A stretch of 23,334 bases of DNA from an uncultured bacterium (GTDB lineage: Bacteria > Zhuqueibacterota > QNDG01 > CAYUAG01): the NCBI GenBank assembly GCA_964554015.1, contig CAZKMO010000043.1, positions 1-23,334 of the forward strand, read 5' to 3'. A model generated the notes under the pieces. It saw only the letters and a list, made by a program, of their open reading frames with translations. It was not told where the DNA came from and did not search any database. Every line of letters begins with the position of its first letter. Position 1 is the stretch's first letter. Shown one piece after another: positions 10,301 to 18,133 of this stretch. The translations under genes were made by a program, and so were the position numbers.

Positions 10301-11261
10301 AATTGAGAAACAGGGGAAAGAATGGACTGATTTTAAGGGGAATGTGTTTTTGCAGTGTTATGATAGTAAAAAGCAGATTGTGTATATTGGGGATGAGGTT
10401 GAACTCAATTATGCCCTTTCCGGCAATTCCTTATTTCGAGGGCAAAAGGAAATCACCGGAGGAGAGTTTGAGTTTTCTTTTATAATCCCCAAGGATATAT
10501 CCTATGGCGGAACTACTGCCCGCATAAGTACTTATTTTTATGATAAACAATGGGATGGTGACGGCAGTAAGGAACTCTTGCCCGTAGGAGGAAGTGCGGA
10601 TTTAGTGGATCTAGAGGGGCCGGAAATCACTCTTTATTTTACCGGATATGAAAATTTTATTACCGGTGATATGGTGGAAGAAGATCCTGAACTGGTTGCC
10701 TCCCTGGAGGATGATAAAAGTGGTGTAAACATTACCGAGGAAATAGGGCATAAAATTATGCTTTATGTGGATGATCAAAATCCGGTTAATATTACTGAAA
10801 ATTTTCAATATGATAAGGATAGTTACCTGGCCGGCAGCTTACAGTATTCTTTATCCGGATTATCAACCGGAGATCATACTGTTTTATTAAAGGCTTGGGA
10901 TAATGCCAATAATTCCGCTCAGAAATCAATAGATTTTGAAATAGTTCCCCAAGATGAACTCAGAATTGAGGAGGTATTGAATTATCCCAATCCCATGCAG
11001 AATTCTACCTATTTTACTTTTAAATTGAACAAAGATGCTGAAATAGAGATTAAACTATATACGGTATCCGGTAAGCTGGTGTGTGCACTCACCTCTCTTT
11101 CCGGGTTAACCGGATTTAATATGATCCCCTGGGATGGTAGCGATGGAATGGGGGATCCCATTGCAAATGGCGTATATCTTTATAAAGTCAAAGCCCGCAG
11201 TTATGATTCGGAATCATCCTCAAAAAAAGAAAAAATTGGTAAATTAATTATTATGAGATGA
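7344..11261 (+). CDS. Gingipain-like peptidase family C25 protein with a T9SS C-terminal sorting domain. It is either a large secreted protease or a PorU-like T9SS sortase.
   Basis: 1305 aa from the ATG at 7344, which has GAGGA 6 nt upstream. The ATG at 7332 is an alternative start that overlaps the CDF stop as ATGA. The signal peptide is MKRVCWISVWLLLASS. A candidate catalytic dyad, FIGHGNHTDLAHE (His) and CFFYAATCHFGQYD (Cys), is spaced about 40 aa apart as in gingipains. C-terminal T9SS CTD: EVLNYPNPMQNSTYFTFKL...IKLYTVSGKLV...PWDGSDGMGDPIANGVYLYKVKA...KIGKLIIMR. Confidence 0.85.
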   Translation: MKRVCWISVWLLLASSIKVIPSPINNDYKIIAQNESSLTIEYSPEYFTFDTVTVNHQKYLKPNFYQASWVNKAGEPQLPARIFTLGVPPSGKATLNILSLDYKTIDGVRILPVAGLEKEEEFYREVYEEGDAYQQASLMPEEVAELVDPGFIRNQPVITLKISPLQYNPVQNRVLLYNKIKVRIVFTGKAAAYAPTRKKTGRETLLDRGLLNNKQAKKWRMAEPVLKASIPTSGLSGYRYKIPIKEEGIYKLTGKFLSDKGVDISSLDPETIKIYNNGGKQLPRDIYAERPDGLLENPILVYGTEDSSFDKSDYILFYGKGTSGWEFTQNQQEYEHYLNIYDETNIYFLVFNDGTAGRRMKVIDNAGMTGTNNLSTARQKIFLENDKYNLLKAGIDWYGNEFSPNQPSKQYQLLLDYPVLNSTLDFKFKFVRGSLHTHQFEITLNQDQIKSFNFGSRDRTISAVYNGSYQQGANELNIEYLTKNDGAKAYLDWYEVEYPCQLKSLEGKLSFFASRTPGIYTYHLSDFDQQPLVLDITEVTEVRQMALSAYEKEWTFSDSVTQDRIPHYYAEDESAYKVPSQLTEDEASQLRNPSHQADLLVITHEDFYDQALRFASHREQNDSISVFVCDIQNVYDEFNSGLLDPVAIRDFIKYCYDFWTKSPSMLLLFGDGNYDYRNIESKSNKNWIPPFEYDGTNPDRARATDDWYTYVSGNDIYMDLAVGRFPVRTVQEAEAVVDKIIQYESNPDFGWWRNLFTLVGDDEFGGPGSDYEVTHINASEDIAENVIPDKYELRKIYLTEYPEVFSRKPAAQTDFIDQINQGTVWVNFIGHGNHTDLAHERVFERDKNIKMLNNTQKLCFFYAATCHFGQYDIPNDQSAAELLLTSTEGIGSIGCIAASRACNPDPNEALNKQMLNKLLNSDNPLRVGEALAIAKNNNIGFSENNQMYILFGDPSMYLGVPTLKSVITDIQPDTLKALDKFTVKGRIEKQGKEWTDFKGNVFLQCYDSKKQIVYIGDEVELNYALSGNSLFRGQKEITGGEFEFSFIIPKDISYGGTTARISTYFYDKQWDGDGSKELLPVGGSADLVDLEGPEITLYFTGYENFITGDMVEEDPELVASLEDDKSGVNITEEIGHKIMLYVDDQNPVNITENFQYDKDSYLAGSLQYSLSGLSTGDHTVLLKAWDNANNSAQKSIDFEIVPQDELRIEEVLNYPNPMQNSTYFTFKLNKDAEIEIKLYTVSGKLVCALTSLSGLTGFNMIPWDGSDGMGDPIANGVYLYKVKARSYDSESSSKKEKIGKLIIMR
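10960..11258 (+). other. T9SS (Por) C-terminal sorting domain of the C25 protein
   Basis: NYPNP...IKLYTVSGKLV...WDGSDGMGDPIANGVYLYKVKA...KLIIMR matches the TIGR04183-type CTD. Confidence 0.8.
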
Positions 11262-11322
11262 TAGGATCATTTGTATTTGTAAACATAATTTTTTACATTA
11301 ATCAGATTCAAATAAGAATATT

Positions 11323-11952
11323 GTGATTATGGATGATGAGTATTATTCAATTATTAGGGAAGCTTGCCAAGAGATAAGGGTGAAGAGTTCCAGGTTTATA
11401 GGCCAGGTAAAGGCGGTCAATACAGTTAAGCAAGCGGGGGAATATATTAATTTAATTTCTACTCAGAATTTTAATGCAACCCATAATTGTACAGCCTATA
11501 AAGTGGGCAGAGGAGATAAGGCTATTTATAAATATAATGATGACGGTGAACCGGGAGGCACCGGGGGGAGGCCTATATTGGAGGCTATAGAAGCCCAGGA
11601 ATTAACCAATATTGTTACTGTGGTTACCAGATATTTTGGAGGCATCAAGTTGGGGACAGGTGGATTATCCCGGGCTTATCGCAATTGTGCAGAACAGACA
11701 TTACAAAAAGCAGGTAAAAAGAAATTTTTTCTAACGGTACCATTGGTGCTTAATTTTTCTTATGACCTTACCGGTATCGTGATGGAAATCATGGAAAAGA
11801 ATAACTGCAGGATCGTGGATAAACAATATGGTGCTGAGACAGAATTAACTGTTAGGATAAAAAAATCACAATCCCATACTATTAAGCAGCTTTTGCTGGA
11901 TAAAGCCAGCGGGAAGATTATTATCAGGGAAGGAGAGAATGAATTTAATTGA
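11323..11952 (+). CDS. YigZ/IMPACT-family (UPF0029) protein
   Basis: Signature elements YKYNDDGEPGGTGGRPIL and VVTRYFGGIKLGTGGL. Candidate starts are GTG 11323 and ATG 11329. Confidence 0.85.
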   Translation: MIMDDEYYSIIREACQEIRVKSSRFIGQVKAVNTVKQAGEYINLISTQNFNATHNCTAYKVGRGDKAIYKYNDDGEPGGTGGRPILEAIEAQELTNIVTVVTRYFGGIKLGTGGLSRAYRNCAEQTLQKAGKKKFFLTVPLVLNFSYDLTGIVMEIMEKNNCRIVDKQYGAETELTVRIKKSQSHTIKQLLLDKASGKIIIREGENEFN

Positions 11953-13168
11953 TTATAGAATTTTACTGTTTCTGGTGGCTCTTTTTTTCTCCGCCTTTTT
12001 TTCCGGATCGGAGACAGCTTTGATATCAGTCAGCAGATTGAAATTGGAAGTCTGGACCAGGAGAGGAATTAAAGGGGCTGATAAAATTAGGGGATTTCTG
12101 GCCCAGCCGGAAAATTTCTTGACCACTATTCTGGTCGGGAATAATGTCTGTCTGGTGGTGGCCTCCTCGATCATGGCAGTATATCTGGAACCTATTTTCA
12201 ATGGTTTTATCATTACTGCGGTGAGTTCCTTTTTCCTGCTTATTTTTGGAGAGGCACTCCCCAAATCGTTGGCCAGAGATAAACAGGGATTATATATAAG
12301 AGGGGCAGTACCATCTCTCAGATTCATGTATGTGCTGTTATATCCCGTTAATATTATAATAATGAATATATCAAAATTATTATTGAAGCTGATTAAAGCA
12401 GAAGACTGGGCAGTGGAAAAATTTTTTACCCGTAAAGATCTTGATATGTTGATACGAGAGAGTAAGCAATCTGATTTCATTGATGAAGAAGATATCGGAT
12501 TGATATCCAGAATTATTTTACGAGGGAATAGAAGTGTGGATGATATAATGATACCGAGAACCGAAATTCTGGCCATGGCTACCGATGATTCTATTGTTTC
12601 AATTTTGGAAATTTTTCAGAAAAAAGGATTCTCTCGTCTTCCTCTTATGGATAAGGATATTGACCACATCATCGGAAATATCAATGCCAAGGATATTTTA
12701 TTTGAAGAACCGGAGAATTTACGGGATATAGTAAGACCGGTAGTATTTGTTCCGGAAAGTAAACCGATTGGTGGTTTACTAAAGGAAATGCAGCGGAAAA
12801 GGATTTGGATGGCTATAGTGGTGGGTGAGTATGGAGGAACAGTCGGTTTGGTTACCATTGAAGATATTCTGGAAGAATTTTTTGGGGAAATTGAAGATGA
12901 ATTTGATGTTATCCCCAAGGAAATAAAAAAATTAAATCAAGCCACCTATCTGGTTAAGGCCTCCATGAAAATCGAAGAGCTCAATAAAGTTCTGGATATT
13001 AATCTGCCTTTTGGAGATTATAATACTCTGGGTGGATTAATTATTGATAAACTACGGTACATCCCTAAGAAGGGGGAAAAAATAGAACTGGAGAATTGCA
13101 TTTTACACATTCGTACTGCCTTCAAAAAAAAGATCGGTTGGGTGAAGGTGGTAATGAGACAAGTATAG
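11939..13168 (+). CDS. CNNM/TlyC/CorC-family protein (DUF21 membrane domain, tandem CBS, CorC_HlyC). A putative Mg2+/Co2+ transporter or hemolysin-like protein.
   Basis: 409 aa. N-terminal multi-TM region (FSGSETALISVSRLKLE is typical of DUF21), CBS pair, and a C-terminal CorC_HlyC-like region. Overlaps the previous gene by 14 bp. GAAGGAGAG lies upstream of the ATG. Confidence 0.85.
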   Translation: MNLIDYRILLFLVALFFSAFFSGSETALISVSRLKLEVWTRRGIKGADKIRGFLAQPENFLTTILVGNNVCLVVASSIMAVYLEPIFNGFIITAVSSFFLLIFGEALPKSLARDKQGLYIRGAVPSLRFMYVLLYPVNIIIMNISKLLLKLIKAEDWAVEKFFTRKDLDMLIRESKQSDFIDEEDIGLISRIILRGNRSVDDIMIPRTEILAMATDDSIVSILEIFQKKGFSRLPLMDKDIDHIIGNINAKDILFEEPENLRDIVRPVVFVPESKPIGGLLKEMQRKRIWMAIVVGEYGGTVGLVTIEDILEEFFGEIEDEFDVIPKEIKKLNQATYLVKASMKIEELNKVLDINLPFGDYNTLGGLIIDKLRYIPKKGEKIELENCILHIRTAFKKKIGWVKVVMRQV

Positions 13169-13183
13169 AAAAGGAGTTACTGT

Positions 13184-13381
13184 ATGGCTGATTGTAAAAA
13201 TTATGAGAAAAACCTGGCAAAGTGTAATTGTACCTATGAACCCTGTTCCAGAAAAGGCATATGTTGTGAATGTATCGAGTATCATAAAAATTTAGGAGAG
13301 CTGCCTGCCTGTTTTTTCCCAAATGAAGTGGAACAGACCTTTGATCGAAGTATTAGAAGATTTATATCCATAAATTCCTAA
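13184..13381 (+). CDS. Small cysteine-rich protein (65 aa, 8 Cys: C-X9-C-X-C-X4-C-X5-CC-X-C-X12-C), probably metal-binding. It may belong to a conserved DUF family. I half-recall DUF6485-like proteins with a CxCTYxxCxRKGxCCxC core, but I cannot confirm this.
   Basis: Strong SD AAGGAG 7 nt upstream of the ATG. The ORF is packed tightly between the CorC-like gene (15-nt gap) and the HAD gene (6-nt gap). Confidence 0.55.
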   Translation: MADCKNYEKNLAKCNCTYEPCSRKGICCECIEYHKNLGELPACFFPNEVEQTFDRSIRRFISINS

Positions 13382-13387
13382 AAAATT

Positions 13388-14047
13388 GTGAGTAAAATAT
13401 TTACAACCTTAATTTTTGATTTTGACGGTACCCTGGTTCATACCGCCCCTGATGTGATCACTTCCATTAATTTTGCCTTAAAGAAAATCGGATTTAGTAC
13501 TGTGTCTGATATCCATATAAAACAATGTATAGGTCCAGGAAAAGATGATTTCTTGAAAGCAGTGTTAGGAGAAGATTTTCAGGAATATAAAGAAAATTTT
13601 TTGCTACTTTTCCGGGAATATTATGGGGAACATTGTCTTGATACCACAACTTTTTTTACCGGTATAAATAATGTATTACCAAAATGTCAAAATAAAAATA
13701 TAGCTGTGGCCAGCAATAAACCTCGTTACTTTATAGAAAAGATCCTTAAGGGATTGTCGGCTTTAGATTGGTTTGATCTCATAATTGGATCCGAAGATAT
13801 TCAACGAGCCAAGCCTCATCCGGAAATGATAGATAAGGTTCAGAATCATACAGGTTCCAGAAAGGAAGAAATGCTTTTAATTGGGGATACTCCCCATGAT
13901 ATTATAGCTGGCCGCAGGGCTGGCATTTCTACCTGTGCCGTCAGTTACGGATATGGAGACATATTGTCCCTGGAAGAACAAAATCCTGATTTTATGATTC
14001 AGGATCCCCTGGATTTATGGGGAATAATTGATAATCACCATTCATAA
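13388..14047 (+). CDS. HAD-superfamily hydrolase (phosphoglycolate phosphatase-like, subfamily IA)
   Basis: Motif I FDFDGTLVHT, motif II-like ASNK, motif IV GDTPHDIIAGRRAG. GTG start 6 nt after the preceding stop, possibly translationally coupled. Confidence 0.85.
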   Translation: MSKIFTTLIFDFDGTLVHTAPDVITSINFALKKIGFSTVSDIHIKQCIGPGKDDFLKAVLGEDFQEYKENFLLLFREYYGEHCLDTTTFFTGINNVLPKCQNKNIAVASNKPRYFIEKILKGLSALDWFDLIIGSEDIQRAKPHPEMIDKVQNHTGSRKEEMLLIGDTPHDIIAGRRAGISTCAVSYGYGDILSLEEQNPDFMIQDPLDLWGIIDNHHS

Positions 14048-14058
14048 AGGGGGGTGAC

Positions 14059-14850
14059 ATGAAGCTGGAACTGGAGAACAGGATTGCCCTGGTTGCAGCC
14101 TCCAGTCGGGGCTTGGGCAGAGCAGTAGCGGAAAAGTTATCTGCCGAAGGGGTGAAACTCTCAGTTTGTGCCAGAAATAAAGAGATATTAGAGAAGACTG
14201 CTGATGATATTTTTCTTAAAACCGGAGTCTCGGTTTTTCCCCTGATGGCTGATTTGTCCCAGAAGGAAGAGATAGAGTGGCTGGTACAGGAAGCAATTGA
14301 TCTGTTCGGGAAAATTGATATTCTGGTCACTAATGCTGGGGGGCCGCCTCCGGGCAATTTTGAGGATATAGAGGAAGTTGACTGGGCAAAAGGATTCGAA
14401 CTTACCTTAATGAGTACAGTCAGACTTATCCGGGGAGTGGTGCCGGGAATGAGGGAACAAAAATGGGGGCGGATAATAAATTTAACCTCAGTAACAGTAA
14501 AGCAGCCGGTGGATGGATTGTTGCTCTCCAATGTGATTCGTCCCGGAGTGGTGGGATTAACCAAAAGTCTTTCCCAGGAATTGGCTCCTTATAATATTCT
14601 GGTTAATTCGGTTTGTCCGGGCTATTATAAAACGGACAGAGTAAAGCAATTATTGCATAACAAAGCCAAGGTGAAAAATATTACAGTGGAAGAAGCGGAA
14701 AAAGAGATTACCAATCAGATACCCCTGGGCAGAATGGGAAATCCTGAAGAGCTGGCGGATTTGGTTGCCTTTCTAGCTTCGGAGAGGGCAAGTTATATTA
14801 CCGGGACTGTCATTCAGGTTGATGGGGGATATGTAAAGGGATTGATGTAG
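14059..14850 (+). CDS. Short-chain dehydrogenase/reductase (SDR) family oxidoreductase
   Basis: Cofactor-binding AASSRGLGRAVAEKL, NAGG motif, catalytic region SVCPGYYKTD (YxxxK variant), and C-terminal GTVIQVDGGY. SD AAAGGGGGGTGA upstream. Confidence 0.85.
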   Translation: MKLELENRIALVAASSRGLGRAVAEKLSAEGVKLSVCARNKEILEKTADDIFLKTGVSVFPLMADLSQKEEIEWLVQEAIDLFGKIDILVTNAGGPPPGNFEDIEEVDWAKGFELTLMSTVRLIRGVVPGMREQKWGRIINLTSVTVKQPVDGLLLSNVIRPGVVGLTKSLSQELAPYNILVNSVCPGYYKTDRVKQLLHNKAKVKNITVEEAEKEITNQIPLGRMGNPEELADLVAFLASERASYITGTVIQVDGGYVKGLM

Positions 14851-15520
14851 GATGAGCAGAGTATGTATATCAGTTAATTTTTTATAACAGGATATAAGTA
14901 ATCAAAAATAAAAAGACTATATTGATAGTAATCTTTTCAAAATCATATCATTAATAACCAGAGATCATTGTATTCCTTCAGAAATTACTTTTAAAATAAG
15001 TTACTGATATATGAATTGATAGTAATAATATGAAAAATCGAATATAGAAATAACTGAAAAAATTGTTTGGTATTTACTTATTTTAATTAATCCTCCGATT
15101 TTTTGGTTCGACAGTCACCAGGTTGAACTTAGGGAAAAATAATCAATTCAAGGAGGACAAAAATATGAGTGAAGAGCAGTTATTATCTCAGTGGTTTCTT
15201 TCTTATCACGGTAACAGAAAGGTGAAACCCCCGTGATACTTCTTCATATCAGAAGAAATCTCTGTTCCCGAATGAAGTTTTAGATTGTCATATTTATTTT
15301 GTTTATCATATTCAGTGAAACAGGGTTAAATAACAAAGTGAAAAACAAAGATTGGTCTACAGGGATACATATTTAATAGAGGAGTATATGGTTATAAAGG
15401 AGGAAGATGGAAATTAAATTTTTGAATTTTATTATATATAAAGAACAGGCGGAATAGAATTTTGTAGACCAGGGATACATACAATAATATTAAAAAGGAA
15501 TTTTAATAGGAGATACTATC

Positions 15521-16717
15521 ATGAAATATAAATCATTTATTCCCCTTGTGGTTTTGCTGTTGGCTTTTGTGCTTTTTACCGCCTGTGAAACTGTACAGCA
15601 GCCCACAGCTTTGGAAAATAACAGTGAAGTCGATAACTTACAGCCGGATTTAAAGTCGTTTGACAGCTCAACTCTCAATTTTGGCGGGGGTCAGTCTATA
15701 CTACGGGTAATGACCCGGAATATTTATATCGGTGCGGATGTGGCTATAGTGCTATCTGCCCAATCACCTGAAGAAATACCCATTCTGGTAGCCCAGGCGT
15801 ATCAGCAGCTGCTAGGAACAAATTTTTCGGAACGAGCAGTTGCTTTGGCCAATGAAGTGTTTTTAACCCGTCCCGATATGATTGGCCTGCAGGAGGTGAC
15901 CCTTCTTCGCTATCAGTCACCCGGTGATGCCGTCTATGGTGGTACGGAACCTGCCGAGGATGTACTAATGGATTATCTGGATATATTTATGGCCACGCTG
16001 AATGCGTACGGTCTGCATTATAAAGTGGCAGCTAAAGTGCAAAATATGGATATTGAACTGCCCATGCTCACCAGTGTTGACCCCTTACTGTTTGACGATA
16101 TGCGGGTTACTGATTTTGATGTGATGCTGGTTCGTGAATATGTGAATGTTACTGAGGTTGTGGAAAAGAATTACACGGTCAATCTGTTCATCCCGGAAAT
16201 GAATCTGGAACTTCCCTGCGGTTACTGTGCCGTTAATGCCTCTATTGGGCACCGTACCTATCGGTTTGTTAGCACCCATCTGGAAGCCATTGTTCCTGAA
16301 GTACGGGTTGCTCAGGCACAAGAACTCTTGGTTGATCTGGAGGATGAAACACTTCCCATTGTAATGCTGGGAGATTTTAACACTGAGGCCTTTACCGGTC
16401 AGGCCTATAATCTGATACAATCATATGGCTACACTGATGTATGGACATTGAATATATTACCCTTTAATCCGGAAGGGTATACTTTCGGGCATGATCCGGA
16501 TCTGCTGAATGAAGTGGCAAATTTTACCCAGCGTATTGATTTTGTTTTTGTAAAAAGTGAGACCGCTGTTCCCGAACATGCTCTGGCTATAGTTGTGGGG
16601 GATGAACCCTTTAACCGGACTGAATCGGGTTTATGGCCTTCCGATCATGGAGGTATAGTGGCCAGTTTCGCTTTTCCTCGGAAACACAGACCTCTGTTTG
16701 CCCACATGAACCAATAA
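15521..16717 (+). CDS. Endonuclease/exonuclease/phosphatase (EEP)-family lipoprotein
   Basis: Signal peptide plus lipobox LFTAC. EEP motifs IGLQEV, VSTHLEA, LGDFN and SDHGG. SD AGGAG 8 nt upstream. Confidence 0.8.
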   Translation: MKYKSFIPLVVLLLAFVLFTACETVQQPTALENNSEVDNLQPDLKSFDSSTLNFGGGQSILRVMTRNIYIGADVAIVLSAQSPEEIPILVAQAYQQLLGTNFSERAVALANEVFLTRPDMIGLQEVTLLRYQSPGDAVYGGTEPAEDVLMDYLDIFMATLNAYGLHYKVAAKVQNMDIELPMLTSVDPLLFDDMRVTDFDVMLVREYVNVTEVVEKNYTVNLFIPEMNLELPCGYCAVNASIGHRTYRFVSTHLEAIVPEVRVAQAQELLVDLEDETLPIVMLGDFNTEAFTGQAYNLIQSYGYTDVWTLNILPFNPEGYTFGHDPDLLNEVANFTQRIDFVFVKSETAVPEHALAIVVGDEPFNRTESGLWPSDHGGIVASFAFPRKHRPLFAHMNQ

Positions 16718-16725
16718 TAGAATTT

Positions 16726-16766
16726 AAAAACCCGGTGTTCTTATCATTAAGAGCATCGGGTTTTAT
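16726..16766. terminator. Bidirectional rho-independent terminator between the convergent EEP-lipoprotein gene and the flotillin gene
   Basis: Stem AACCCGGTG (16729-16737) pairs with CATCGGGTT (16754-16762): 9 bp including one G-T wobble. It is flanked by AAAAA on the 5' side and TTTTAT on the 3' side, so it works on either strand. Confidence 0.55.
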
Positions 16767-16830
16767 CTCGCATGCTTTCAGATTCCGGTAGAAGCAGCTA
16801 TTTTTAAGGATCGGGTTATACTTTGTTCAA

Positions 16831-18114
16831 TTAAATCTTTGCCTTTTCCCCGGTAGTTTTTTTGTGGTTTGCTGCAGTATTCAACAGTCCGGGCACATCC
16901 AATCCGGTGGCATTTTTCAGCTGTTCAATGACCGTAACCACAGAACCGGTAAGATTTTTCATATGGGTGGGGAGTCCATTTCCCTCTCCGGAATCCAGGA
17001 CTGTCAGCTTTTCGATATGCAGATTGTCTGCAACCACCCGGGTAACCTGATCCAGCAATTCCGGAAGCATCTGTATCAGGAAAAGTTCTCTGGTCTTGCC
17101 GTCTTTCCACTGTGCCTGCATCAGTTTTACAGCTTCGGCGGTGGCTTTACCGTCCTCTAATATTTTTGCAGCTTCGCCAATAGCTTTTAATTCTTCGGCA
17201 TTCTTTTTAGCCTCTGCCGGCACTACCACCTCAGCTTCATATTTTTTCCTGTTCAGTTCAATCCGACCTTCTTCAACTTTCCGTTCTTCCTCTACCCGAA
17301 TAATTTGGCCAGCTACTTTGGCCTTCTCTGAGGCCCGGTTGGTCTCTGCCTCCAGTTTAGACCGATGCACCTGCAGTTTGTTTTCAGCTTCCACAATAGC
17401 CATCTCAGCTTCTGCTTCGGCAACGCTTCCTTTTCTCTTTTCTTCTGCTGAGACCATTCTCGCCTGTGCCTCAGCCGTGGACTCGGCTATCTTAGCATTT
17501 TTAATCACTTCGGCATTTTTCTTTCTTCCGATAGCCTCCAGATAGCCTTGATCGTCAGCAATGGTTTGAATTTTTACAAAATCCAGTACAAGTCCCAGTT
17601 TTTGCAGGTCGATGGAAGCCGCTTTGGCTACCTCCTCAGCCAGTTTCAAGCGTTGAGCATTGGCTTCTTCCGGGGTTACTGTAGCCAAAACACCGCGTAA
17701 GCTTCCTTCTATGGTTTCTTTGGCAACTATGGCAATTTCATTCAAATTCTTACCTAAAAAACGTTCAATGGCATTGCTTAAACCGAACTGTTCACTGCTG
17801 GAAATTTTAACATTGGCTCTCCCATCCACATTAATGGGAATCATACCTTTACTAAGGGCCTTAACCAGACGGATTTCTATGGGCATGGTATTAAGTGGCA
17901 GTCGTTTTACAGATTCAATAATCGGAAATTTAAAACCGCGGCCTTTAATCACACGATAGCCCACTTTAGTGCCATCCGGCAATTTTCGTTTCCTTCCGGA
18001 AATGATCACAACTTCATTGGGCTGACAAATTACCAAATTGGCTTTAATAAAAATAATAATAAGCATTATGACAAAAGCGCCCAAGAATATCCCGATTCCA
18101 ATTGTTTGTCCCAT
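16831..18114 (-). CDS. Flotillin-like SPFH (band-7) domain protein, FloT/YuaG type
   Basis: 427 aa. N-terminal TM helix, SPFH domain (ISGRKRKLPDGTKVGYRVIKGRGFKFPIIESV...), then Glu/Ala-rich coiled-coil flotillin repeats (AEAEAEMAIVEAENKL...). SD AAGGAGG 5 nt upstream of the ATG, and only 19 nt separate it from the glnA stop. Confidence 0.85.
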   Translation of the reverse strand: MGQTIGIGIFLGAFVIMLIIIFIKANLVICQPNEVVIISGRKRKLPDGTKVGYRVIKGRGFKFPIIESVKRLPLNTMPIEIRLVKALSKGMIPINVDGRANVKISSSEQFGLSNAIERFLGKNLNEIAIVAKETIEGSLRGVLATVTPEEANAQRLKLAEEVAKAASIDLQKLGLVLDFVKIQTIADDQGYLEAIGRKKNAEVIKNAKIAESTAEAQARMVSAEEKRKGSVAEAEAEMAIVEAENKLQVHRSKLEAETNRASEKAKVAGQIIRVEEERKVEEGRIELNRKKYEAEVVVPAEAKKNAEELKAIGEAAKILEDGKATAEAVKLMQAQWKDGKTRELFLIQMLPELLDQVTRVVADNLHIEKLTVLDSGEGNGLPTHMKNLTGSVVTVIEQLKNATGLDVPGLLNTAANHKKTTGEKAKI

Positions 18115-18133
18115 TGGTTCCTCCTTTTAAAAA

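Noticed and set aside
11262-11322. TGTAAA-N8-TTTACA hairpin after the C25 gene as a terminator
   Set aside because: The stem is all A/T (6 bp) and too weak to call. The downstream yigZ-family gene is probably co-transcribed or has its own promoter here.
11953-12918. Antisense ORFs (207 aa and 100 aa) inside the CNNM/CorC gene
   Set aside because: They are antisense to a gene with clear domain signatures and have Ser/Ile-rich low-complexity translations.
13992-14564. 190-aa antisense ORF across the HAD/SDR genes
   Set aside because: It is embedded antisense to two confident genes and has no motifs.
15104-15123. GGTTCGA T-loop-like sequence: possible tRNA?
   Set aside because: There is no complementary T-stem, no acceptor or D-arm, and no CCA geometry. 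The surrounding sequence is too AT-rich for a tRNA.
15100-15130. Possible ZTP or other riboswitch in the 670-bp spacer
   Set aside because: Only a vague resemblance (GGTTCGAC...CACCAGG) to remembered consensus fragments. The conserved cores are absent. It would need a covariance-model scan (cmscan-type, against a riboswitch model library) to revisit.
17096-17545. 149-aa Ala/Ser-rich plus-strand ORF
   Set aside because: It is the antisense reading of the GAA/GCT-rich flotillin EA-repeat region. The composition is an artefact.
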